In this document: in pieces, positions 8,685-17,359 of the stretch
Position numbering within the stretch: the first letter of the stretch is position 1
Layout of the letters: every line of letters starts with the position of its first letter
Source of the DNA: Candidatus Scalinduaceae bacterium
GTDB lineage: Bacteria > Planctomycetota > Brocadiia > Brocadiales > Scalinduaceae
Direction: 5' to 3'
DNA: 64,000 nucleotides
Assembly: GCA_046759445.1 (NCBI GenBank)
Contig: JBHICG010000007.1
Span: 29,027 to 93,026, forward strand
Notes under the pieces: generated by a model
The model's database searches: none
The model's input: the letters and a program-made list of their open reading frames with translations, nothing else
What the model was told of the DNA's origin: nothing
Translations under genes and position numbers: made by a program

Positions 8685-10488
8685 CTTTATACCCCCAGTG
8701 TCATTTTTTATTTTTGGGGCGGTTCTATTCTTATTTATAAGGGGAAATGTACTCAGGGTGTTCCTGCTCTTGATTCCAGCCATTACATTTATGAACCTTG
8801 TTAATATGCCGGAGGGAACACATTACACCATTAACTTCCTTGATTTTGAGATAATTTTCTGCAAGGTTGATAAAATGAGCAAGGTTTTTGGATATATTTT
8901 TGTGATCATGACTTTTGCGGGAAACCTTTTTTCAATCCATTTAAAAACAAGGGACGAACACATTGCTGCCTTATTATATGCCGGAGGGTCTTTAGGTGTT
9001 GTTTTTGCGGGAGATTATTTCTCTCTATTTGTCTTTTGGGAGCTTATGGCAGTTGCCTCAACTTATCTCATATGGGCGCGTAAAACTAAGGCAGCCAAAG
9101 ATGCGGGATTCAGGTATGTTATAATACATTTTCTTGGCGGTCAATTTCTTTTTGCCGGAATAATTATATATGTAGTATCCACCGGATCTATAAGTTTTGG
9201 CTACCTTGGTCTAAATGGACCTGCTTCATGGTTGATCCTTCTTGGATTCATCTTGAATGCGGCTGTACCGCCATTCTCTGCATGGCTCTCTGATGCATAT
9301 CCGGAATCAACTGTTACAGGTACTGTTTTTTTGAGTGCATTTACAACCAAAACGGCTGTTTATGTGCTTGCAAGAGCCTTTCCTGGCGAACAAATACTAA
9401 TGTGGGCAGGGATTGTAATGGTTGTATACGGGATTGTTTATGCACTCATCGAAAACGATATGAGAAGAGTTTTATCCTATAGCATAATGAACCAGGTGGG
9501 TTTTATGATTACGGGAATAGGAATTGGGACTACGCTGGCGATAAATGGTGCTGTATCACACGCCTTTGCACATATATTGTACAAGGCACTTTTAATGATG
9601 TCAGCAGGTGCGGTACTCTTTATGACTAATAAGAGCAAGTGTACTGAATTGGGCGGTTTATACAAGACTATGCCAATTACTCTTATATTGTGTTGTGTTG
9701 GAGCAGCTTCTATTTCCGGATTTCCTCTAACAGGTGGATTTACAACCAAATCAATGATAATTGCTGCCGCAGGAAGTGAACACCTCAGTGTTATATGGCA
9801 TCTCTTGATGCTTGCCTCGGCAGGTGTTTTCCTGCATGCAGGTATCAAGTTCCCTTATTTTGTCTTTTTTGCAAAAGATTCAGGTTTGAGGCCAAAAGAA
9901 CCTCCAATTAATATGCTTCTTGCCATGGGGCTTCTATCCATTTTATGCATACTTGTAGGTGTTTGGCCTGAAGCACTTTACCGGATATTACCTTATCCTG
10001 TTGACTTTGTTCCTTATACGGGCGCTCATGTGGTTGGCCAGCTTCAGATTCTTATGTTTTCGGCCCTTGCTTTCTTTGTGCTCTTAAAATTTCTTAAGCG
10101 GACAGAGACAATAAGCCTGGATACCGATTGGTTCTATAGAAAAGCTACTATGGGATTCCTCTGGCTTCTGGAAAATCCATTGGCCTGGTTTGGTAATCAG
10201 GTTAGGACCACAATTTTTGCAACCATTCCCCAATCTTGTATATGGTTCAGCAGGAACCCTCTGTTGGCTTTAAAGGTGGCTGGTAACTATATAGTGATTG
10301 CGATATTTGAGGAACAATTTACTAAAGAAAAGGTAGAAAGGATAAGGAGTCGAATAGTAGAGAAAATGACTGTCTATCCCGGGAATGTAATCAGATACTC
10401 GCATGTTGGTACAACTGTAATCTGGGTAATGGGATTTTTGTTGGCATATTTGATAATATATATTGTTTCAGGCAGAATAGTTGTATAA
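8677..10488 (+). CDS. mrpD: Na+/H+ antiporter subunit D/A family (copy 3)
   Basis: WLSDAYPE, FTTKTAVY, RRVLSYS, SLDTDWFYRK motifs; AAAGGAG RBS before ATG 8677. Confidence 0.92.
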   Translation: MTSFIPPVSFFIFGAVLFLFIRGNVLRVFLLLIPAITFMNLVNMPEGTHYTINFLDFEIIFCKVDKMSKVFGYIFVIMTFAGNLFSIHLKTRDEHIAALLYAGGSLGVVFAGDYFSLFVFWELMAVASTYLIWARKTKAAKDAGFRYVIIHFLGGQFLFAGIIIYVVSTGSISFGYLGLNGPASWLILLGFILNAAVPPFSAWLSDAYPESTVTGTVFLSAFTTKTAVYVLARAFPGEQILMWAGIVMVVYGIVYALIENDMRRVLSYSIMNQVGFMITGIGIGTTLAINGAVSHAFAHILYKALLMMSAGAVLFMTNKSKCTELGGLYKTMPITLILCCVGAASISGFPLTGGFTTKSMIIAAAGSEHLSVIWHLLMLASAGVFLHAGIKFPYFVFFAKDSGLRPKEPPINMLLAMGLLSILCILVGVWPEALYRILPYPVDFVPYTGAHVVGQLQILMFSALAFFVLLKFLKRTETISLDTDWFYRKATMGFLWLLENPLAWFGNQVRTTIFATIPQSCIWFSRNPLLALKVAGNYIVIAIFEEQFTKEKVERIRSRIVEKMTVYPGNVIRYSHVGTTVIWVMGFLLAYLIIYIVSGRIVV

Positions 10489-10493
10489 AAAAG

Positions 10494-10969
10494 GTAAAAG
10501 TTTAGCCCACCGCAAAGCCGCACCCGTCCGAACGGCATGGCCGGGCGGGAAGAGCGCAAAGGAAACCAAAAGTGATAAAGGAAGTAGGGGTTCAAAATTT
10601 TGAACCCGTACAACAAAATTTTGAATAGGTTAGGTGCTGCAATTGAAGTGCATCGCCATCTTGGGCTAGGGTTGTTAGAATCAGAAACATAGGGTGGATT
10701 AAGCCCCTACAGCTTGCTAGCGCAAGCTAGCAGTGGGGGCGAATCCACCTTTTTATTCGCCAAATCAATCTATTTTTGGTGGTTTCGGCCTACTCCATTA
10801 ATCAATTTAAGAAACACTCATACTCTCAGAGATGACGGATAAGTGGAAAGAACATAGTGCATCACATGTTGGTCATTGGCAATTCCGCTGTTCCGGAATT
10901 GCTTAGGTGATTATGCCTGTCCTTCGGACAGATAAGAAGAATCACACCCCGACTCCGATCGGGAATCTA
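10494..10969. repeat. Nested palindromic mosaic with GxxExxY remnant
   Basis: CCGCAAAG 9-mers, CCCGTCCGAACGG element, GTAG REP, LGAAIEVHRHLGLGLLES fragment (about 10630-10683), REP with 36-bp insert, GTCA REP with two inserts. Confidence 0.8.
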
Positions 10970-11072
10970 TTTTCGGGTCTAAATAAAGCTAAGAAAGTAA
11001 AGTTTAATAGCTTTAGTAACAAAATATGTTTTGAAACTAAGTTTTAAACTTTTATAATATAAACAAAATCAA

Positions 11073-12071
11073 ATGAGTACAAAAAAGGTTTTTATTACAA
11101 TTGGAATTGCTTTTTCTATCTTTCTGATGACCCTTCCACTTGTAAGTTACAGATTCCTTAAAGACGCAGTAGAAGCTGAAGTTTTCAATCATTTAGTTAC
11201 GGTCAGAGAGTTGTTGAAAAGTCAGATAGAAGGTTATTTCCAGGACAGGTTTGGAGACGTAGACGTCCTTGCAAGCAATCCCGTAACCGGACAGGGTTTT
11301 TCCAGATTGTCAAGGGCTTTTAGCGACTCCGGTCTGGGCGGTTCACAATATATTAAGTTAGCAGGTCTTTATCAGCCGCTGATGGAACATTATTTAACTG
11401 ATTACGGTTACGTGAACATATATTTTGTTGACAAAGATGGTGATGTAATGTTTTCTGCAATAAGAGAGGAGTTTACGGGATCTAATTTACTTACTGGAAG
11501 ATATAAACAATTCAGTATTGGCCAGGTTTTCGCTCGCGGTTTAGATGAAGTGGCGTTTGAGGACTATACATGGAATGAAGAGATGCAGGAATTTACTTCT
11601 TACTTTGCCGCACCAGTATACGATGGACAAATGTTATTGGGTGTATTGGTAATAGAAATCCCTTTCTCTCATTTAGATGCTATTATGACTAACAGAGCAG
11701 GCCTGGGAGAAACGGGAGAAATGTACCTGGTAGGTTTCGATGGCTATATGAGATCGAATTCCAGGTTTGTTGAAGAACCAACCATACTTCAGAAAGAAGT
11801 AGATACAAAAGCAACAAGGGAGGCATTAAACGGAATCGTTGGAAAGAAGATAATAAAGAATTATCGAGGTGTTTCGGTATTAAGTGCGTATACAGCGTTA
11901 GATCTTAAATTTGTTAATTGGGCACTCCTGGTCGAGATTGACGAAAAAGAGGCGTTTGCCGCCGTTAATACGGTAGAAAGAAGAGTTATAATACTTGGAT
12001 CCTTAATTGCGAGTATAACTTTTCTGTTCATCTATTTAGTAAATAGAAGAAGGAATCAACAAATACTCTAA
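11073..12071 (+). CDS. Stand-alone dCache-domain membrane protein (TM-Cache-TM, no output domain)
   Basis: YFAAPVYDG, GLGETGEMYLVG.DGYMRSNSRF, NYRGVSVLSAY, WALLVEID motifs. Confidence 0.85.
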   Translation: MSTKKVFITIGIAFSIFLMTLPLVSYRFLKDAVEAEVFNHLVTVRELLKSQIEGYFQDRFGDVDVLASNPVTGQGFSRLSRAFSDSGLGGSQYIKLAGLYQPLMEHYLTDYGYVNIYFVDKDGDVMFSAIREEFTGSNLLTGRYKQFSIGQVFARGLDEVAFEDYTWNEEMQEFTSYFAAPVYDGQMLLGVLVIEIPFSHLDAIMTNRAGLGETGEMYLVGFDGYMRSNSRFVEEPTILQKEVDTKATREALNGIVGKKIIKNYRGVSVLSAYTALDLKFVNWALLVEIDEKEAFAAVNTVERRVIILGSLIASITFLFIYLVNRRRNQQIL

Positions 12072-12130
12072 GAATCTTTAGAAGAATCCAAACCCTGATT
12101 CATAATTGTGGTGTATTCAGATGTTCCTCA

Positions 12131-13513
12131 TCACATGCCCATTGTCACTAACCGCCAGGTAAAGATACTTGCAACGTAACCCAGGGCAATAACAGGTGAC
12201 CATTTTAGATGAGACAAAAATGTGTAATTTTCACGGCTAATACCCATCACAGCCACGCCTGCCGCCGAACCTATCGATAGCAAACTGCCCCCCACACCAG
12301 CGGTTAAGGTTACGAGGAGCCACTGATCTACTCCCATTGTCAGGTCCATATTTAAGACTGCATACATAATGGGGATATTGTCAACAACAGCAGAAAGTAT
12401 CCCTACTGCCGTGTTTGCAGAAGTATATCCCATGAATTCATAAAAGCCTCCTCCCACGAGGCTGAGATAGCCGACGTACGACAATGCCCCCACAGCAGTC
12501 AGAACGCCAAAGAAGAAAAGTAAGGTATCAAATTCCACCTGCTCCACTGATTTGAAAAACTCATAGCGGGAAACCTTACGTCTTTCCTCTTCAAGGCATA
12601 ATTTTTTTAAAAATCTCTTCTCTCCCCACTTTATCATGTAGTACTGCGCAAACATAAGATATCCTAAACCGGTCATCATACCTAAAAAAGGAGGAAGGTC
12701 TAGAAACTGGTGAAAAGAGACCGCTGTAGCAATCGTTAGTGCGAAGAAAAGCATACACCTTTTGGCTCCCGGTTTCATTGCAATGATTTCCTTTGCGCCA
12801 GAGGGTTTCCCCTTTGGAAGAAAAAGGCTCATGATAAATGCCGGGATGAACCAGTTAACAATAGACGGAATCATCAGAAAAGCAAATTTAACAGTCTCCA
12901 CCTTTCCGGACGTCCATACCATCAGTGTAGTAATATCTCCAAAAGGGCTCCAGGCGCCGCCGGCGTTGGCAGCAACTATGATATTGACAAATGCCGGTAC
13001 GATAAACTTCCTGTTACCGTCACTTACCGCAAGTGCTACTGTTGACATAAGCAGGGCACTGGTCAAATTGTCTGCAAGGGGGGACAGGAAAAAGGTTATT
13101 ATTCCAGTAGCCCAAAAGAGTGATCTAAAGCCCAACCCTTTAGACAGCAACCAGGCGCGCAGGGCCTGAAACACATTTAAAGAACTGAGTGTATTAATAT
13201 ATGTCATAGCAACCAGGAGGAAGAAAAAGAGTGCTCCAATCTCTGAAATAAGATGCTCAACAAATTCGAGAGCTCCTCCTTCATGCCTCACCTCAAAATG
13301 GACCGTACTGCCTTCTTTATAAGAATATATACTGGCGTGCTTTGCCTCATGTTTTATCTCATAAATACCAATAAGCAGCCACATGAGGCAACCTATCAAT
13401 ACAACTGGCTTGGATTTCTTTAAATGAATCTTTTCCTCAAAAACGACAAGAAGATAGGCAATTATGAATAAAATAAGTGTTAAGTATCCTACCCACGTAT
13501 TAATTAAGTTCAT
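12131..13513 (-). CDS. nhaD: NhaD-family Na+/H+ antiporter
   Basis: KSKP, LADNLT, AANAGGAWSPFGDITTLMVW, VDNIP, GGSLLSIGSAAGV motifs. Confidence 0.93.
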   Translation of the reverse strand: MNLINTWVGYLTLILFIIAYLLVVFEEKIHLKKSKPVVLIGCLMWLLIGIYEIKHEAKHASIYSYKEGSTVHFEVRHEGGALEFVEHLISEIGALFFFLLVAMTYINTLSSLNVFQALRAWLLSKGLGFRSLFWATGIITFFLSPLADNLTSALLMSTVALAVSDGNRKFIVPAFVNIIVAANAGGAWSPFGDITTLMVWTSGKVETVKFAFLMIPSIVNWFIPAFIMSLFLPKGKPSGAKEIIAMKPGAKRCMLFFALTIATAVSFHQFLDLPPFLGMMTGLGYLMFAQYYMIKWGEKRFLKKLCLEEERRKVSRYEFFKSVEQVEFDTLLFFFGVLTAVGALSYVGYLSLVGGGFYEFMGYTSANTAVGILSAVVDNIPIMYAVLNMDLTMGVDQWLLVTLTAGVGGSLLSIGSAAGVAVMGISRENYTFLSHLKWSPVIALGYVASIFTWRLVTMGM

Positions 13514-13633
13514 TGATTATCATCCTTTTTTCAATCGCAAGTGATTCTATAATATATACTGAATTTCCTATTTTGTTTATTGATAGGATAAAATTATCAA
13601 AATATTATTAAATAATTGTCAAATATCAACCAG

Positions 13634-13764
13634 GTAATAGTTCACCGCAAAGGCACAAAGAAAAAACAAATTTTTGTTATAGGGGTTCAAAATTTTGAAT
13701 CCCTACTTTCTAAAAAATAATAACTTTGCGTCATCTGCGTCTTTGCGGTGGTCTGAACTGTTAC
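13634..13764. mobile_element. MITE-like element with GTAA(T/C)AGTTCA ends, CCGCAAAG 9-mers and a nested REP
   Basis: GTAATAGTTCACCGCAAAG ... CTTTGCGGTGGTCTGAACTGTTAC; internal TAGGGGTTCAAAATTTTGAATCCCTAC. Confidence 0.65.
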
Positions 13765-13842
13765 ACAATCCGCTCATATGGTGATTAGTACAAATATTTT
13801 ATGCTTTGGGTTTAATTAATTAGTCAGTAAACATATAACGGG

Positions 13843-14265
13843 TTAAGTAGATTCAGGGCGTATGACTAACATGGGATGGGTGGCGTTACGTAAAACACGG
13901 TCGGTGACGCTGCCATAGAACAGGCGGTCGAGGCCGGACCAGCCGTGTGTCGCCATTGCTATCAAGTCTACTTTTTCGTCCTCGGCCACGCTCAGAATAG
14001 TCTTGACGGGGTCGCCCTCTTTGATCAGTGTACGTACCTTTACGCCATCCTCTGTGAGGGCGGACGCTTTTTCCGTTAGGTAGCGATGTGCCTTTTCACA
14101 GCTTTCACCTTTGTCGAAATCCCCGAGGGTGGCGTCTCTCCCGGCGACAACCTGCAACAAAATCACCTCTGCGCTGAACTGACGACCCATCGCCTGGGCA
14201 TGAGGCAGTATGCTTTCGGACAGGGACGAACCGTCTAGTGTCACAAGAATTTTCTTATATGTCAT
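13843..14265 (-). CDS. Universal stress protein (Usp)
   Basis: YKKILVTLDGS, DLIAMATHG, GSVTDRVLR motifs; visibly GC-richer than flanks. Confidence 0.95.
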   Translation of the reverse strand: MTYKKILVTLDGSSLSESILPHAQAMGRQFSAEVILLQVVAGRDATLGDFDKGESCEKAHRYLTEKASALTEDGVKVRTLIKEGDPVKTILSVAEDEKVDLIAMATHGWSGLDRLFYGSVTDRVLRNATHPMLVIRPEST

Positions 14266-14534
14266 TAGGCTCTCTCAAGATGCTAAGGAATTGCTTTTTT
14301 ATATGTGTGCACATTAAAGCAAAATATCACAGGATTGCAACTATTTTTCTCAAATTTTACACAAAATTGTTTTTCTCAGTTCATAAAAAGAATGGTAAAA
14401 AGGTAATATCATAGCATTATCCTAACCTGGACAAGCCAGAACCAAACAGGAGATTAATAAATTACAATATACAATTACAAAATCATAACTAATGTTCAAA
14501 TCATTTGTTTCATTTTTTTGTTTTGATCATTCGG

Positions 14535-15715
14535 TGTACTGCACCCCTTTTATCAAGCAGCAAATTTTGTAGTACATGATAATTGTTCTTTTTCAAATTG
14601 TTCTGGTGTTTTATAGTTTAACGAAGAATGTGGAAAATCTGTGTTGTATTTAACTATCCAAGCATTAAGATCATCTTCAAGTTGAAACGGTGATTTCCAT
14701 TCTTTAATCCAGATAAGATCTTCTTTTATGGTACGCATGACTCGTTCAGTGTCAGCATTGCCTTTTGGGTTATTGTAACAGGTAAATATTTGCTTAATCT
14801 CTAACGCTGAACACTCTTTCATAAACTTTTGTGAAGTTGGTTGAGATCCGTTGTCTGATATAAGAGACAGATCTTTGTTCTTTGATAATATCCCATTGGG
14901 AAACTGGTTGTTCACTGCATGATTAAGAGCTTCGAGCCAATCATCTGCTCTGGAATGCGTCTTTAGTGAGTATCCGACAATCTTTTTAGAATGCCAGTCC
15001 AGGACAACAACCAGGTACAACCTCCAAAGGAACTAACCATGACTTTGGTCATATCAATGCCCCAGTATTGGTTAGGTCTTGTAGCACGCGGTTTGCTCCT
15101 ATGAGGAGCGTTTGCGCGTATGGCCTTAAGCCGGGTATTGGGTTTAACAAGAAGATTATGTTTCTTCACAAGCAGGTATACACGCTTGTGATTAAGTACA
15201 ATATTTTGCCTGTATTTAAGATATGCCCACACTCGTCTATAGCCCCAAAAGGGATGTTCCGCTTTAATATTTAATATCACGAATACGGGAGAGTATTTCT
15301 TCATTTCGCTTTTGCACTTTCATAGATTCTCTCCTTCCCCCTAAAGGGGCCTACTTCTGGTAATTCGTATTCGCTTTTTTTTAATTCAACGGTTAAATCA
15401 GCTATTATGCGTTTAAGTCTTTGTTTTCTTCGACCAAACGACGTTCTTTTTTAGATTTCTTCGTGGTATCAAAGATTTCATGAGATTTAGTTTGAAATTC
15501 ATTGAGCCAATAATAGTATTGACTTTGTGTTATTTGATGCCGATTGCAGAGCTCGGCAAGCGGGATTTTGTTCTGGAGGGACTCCAGAACAATCTTAGCT
15601 TTAGTCTTTGAGTCCCATTTACGATATTTCATAATGCCCCCTTTCTTAAGTATGATGTTATTATAGAGTAAAATACTCTAAAATTACACCTGCTTACTTA
15701 ATGGGGTGCAGTATA
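14535..15715 (-). mobile_element. IS3-family insertion sequence (1181 bp) with degenerate transposase
   Basis: Imperfect 26-bp IRs TGTACTGCACCCCTTTTATCAAGCAG / TATACTGCACCCCATTAAGTAAGCAG; TCGG duplicated at 14531-14534 and 15716-15719; HTH orfA, WGYRR, W.ID, SDNGSQ, N...ER motifs. Confidence 0.92.
14553..15632 (-). pseudogene. IS3-family transposase (orfA/orfB) broken by frameshifts
   Basis: Split into ORFs 15405-15632, 14963-15304 and 14553-15020; 7-bp duplication at 15264-15277; A8 slippery run at 15375-15382. Confidence 0.85.
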
Positions 15716-15800
15716 TCGGACATTGTAATTTGAAATTTGTTTGCTATTTGGAATTTGTTATTTGGTGCTTATCAGATATCATACAAAGCTTAATAAATAA

Positions 15801-15853
15801 ATATTTTGCCCCCTCTGCTATCTTGTGATAACAAGATGAGGGGGTCAAAATAT
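15801..15853 (-). terminator. Hairpin downstream of the FxLYD gene
   Basis: ATATTTTGCCCCCTC ... GAGGGGGTCAAAATAT stem, followed by a T-rich tract on the minus strand. Confidence 0.55.
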
Positions 15854-15873
15854 TTTTACTAAGAGACTATCGA

Positions 15874-17325
15874 TCAGTAGGATTCTTTAAATGCTATCTC
15901 ATATCTAGCAATATCAAAAGGGCGTACACCAGTAATTATTTCTTCGAAAGGCTTTATGTCACCACTCTTAAGCCGCCTGACTGAGAAATCAAGATTCGTG
16001 ATCATACCGTAATCCTTGCTATATACTTTCATGACGAACGAAGCAATACGAGAGTCGTTTTCTGAATTATTTTTGATCTCTCCTGTCACAGTAGACGAAG
16101 AACCAAAGCTGGTAAAAAAAACCCTCCTTACATAAAAACCACCACCGACATTTTCGAAACCTTCCAATTCCCTTGAGGTTTTTTTCTCAACGGATTTTTC
16201 TTCTTCAATTTGAGGTTGTTTCACTGTAGTTTCTGCCATTGCAACCTCAAACTTTCTTTCAATTATTTTTATTCCCTCTTCACCCATAGCTGGTGTTAAT
16301 GGCATTTCAGCAAAAAAGACAGTATATTTAGCAATTTTTTTTGGTTCTACCCCTACTATTATCTCTTCAAATGTCTCCGTACTATCCTTTCTAAAACTAC
16401 GAATGGTGAACCCATGACCTCCCAAAATGACATTTTCTTCATTATAGGCCTGAACCTTAAAATCTATCATACCGTAGCTTCTGTCAGATTTATTCATTAT
16501 TTCGCCACTTATGAGTGAAGAAGAACCAAACGGTTTAAACTCAACGTTTTTGATAAAAAACCCTTTTCCTATATCTGTAAAGCCCTTCGTTTCAGAAATT
16601 TCTTCTTTAGGGGCTTCCGAAACTGCAACCTTTTCTTTTATTTCAGCTTTGGGCTCTTTATCAATTATTTCCTCTTTCCTTTGGACTATCGTTCCTGATT
16701 CCAAATTGGCTATTCTAGTGTTTAATCCTTCAATATCCTTTGCTAAAGATTCGAGGGGAGTTGCCGCCTGCTTCTTAAAACCCTCTTCTATTGCCAGAAG
16801 CATTTTTTCCTGCTCATCCAATCTATTCGCTAGATTATTGATAACCTCTCTCTGTTCATCCATAGCTACTATCATGGTTTCTAATGGTTTCTGAGCCGTT
16901 GCATATATCTTCTCAAGTACAGCAGTTTTAACCTCCTGATCCTCTAATCTCTTTGCCATCTTAGAAAATCTCTTCTTAAATACATTCAAAGTTCCTTCAT
17001 ATGTTTTTAGGATATCGCTCACTCCTGACACTGAACCCATTTTCTCAACTTTTTCAACCTTAGCATTGAGGTTGGTTAGTAATATTTCTATGTTAGAAAG
17101 ACTTTCATTAACATTTGTCAGTTGTTTGTCTGTAGCCTCATGATTTTTCTCAAGGGCTGAAAATCTTTGCTCCAGCTTATTAAAATTTGCCACCCACTCA
17201 GTTAATGATTTTTCAAAGTTTCTTAAATCCTCTAACATACTAGCATCTGAAGAACTATTAGCACCAAACAGAACGAGAATCAAAATACCAATAGTAATAA
17301 GTTTCATCATATTACCATGCTCCAA
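15874..17325 (-). CDS. Exported coiled-coil protein with two FxLYD-like C-terminal domains
   Basis: Signal peptide, long heptad region, duplicated GF..(I/V)G.GF...(V)...FGSSS...GEI.N.S ... FEEII.GV.P..IA.Y. Confidence 0.8.
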   Translation of the reverse strand: MEHGNMMKLITIGILILVLFGANSSSDASMLEDLRNFEKSLTEWVANFNKLEQRFSALEKNHEATDKQLTNVNESLSNIEILLTNLNAKVEKVEKMGSVSGVSDILKTYEGTLNVFKKRFSKMAKRLEDQEVKTAVLEKIYATAQKPLETMIVAMDEQREVINNLANRLDEQEKMLLAIEEGFKKQAATPLESLAKDIEGLNTRIANLESGTIVQRKEEIIDKEPKAEIKEKVAVSEAPKEEISETKGFTDIGKGFFIKNVEFKPFGSSSLISGEIMNKSDRSYGMIDFKVQAYNEENVILGGHGFTIRSFRKDSTETFEEIIVGVEPKKIAKYTVFFAEMPLTPAMGEEGIKIIERKFEVAMAETTVKQPQIEEEKSVEKKTSRELEGFENVGGGFYVRRVFFTSFGSSSTVTGEIKNNSENDSRIASFVMKVYSKDYGMITNLDFSVRRLKSGDIKPFEEIITGVRPFDIARYEIAFKESY

Positions 17326-17359
17326 AAGTATTTAATTTAAAAAAACAATATTATATAAT

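Noticed and set aside
1098..10488. Membrane-bound hydrogenase or complex I operon
   Set aside because: No NiFe, Fe-S or NuoH-like subunits in the cluster
12069..12098. Programmed stop-codon read-through in the Cache gene
   Set aside because: TAA stop with no recoding signal; would add only 8 residues
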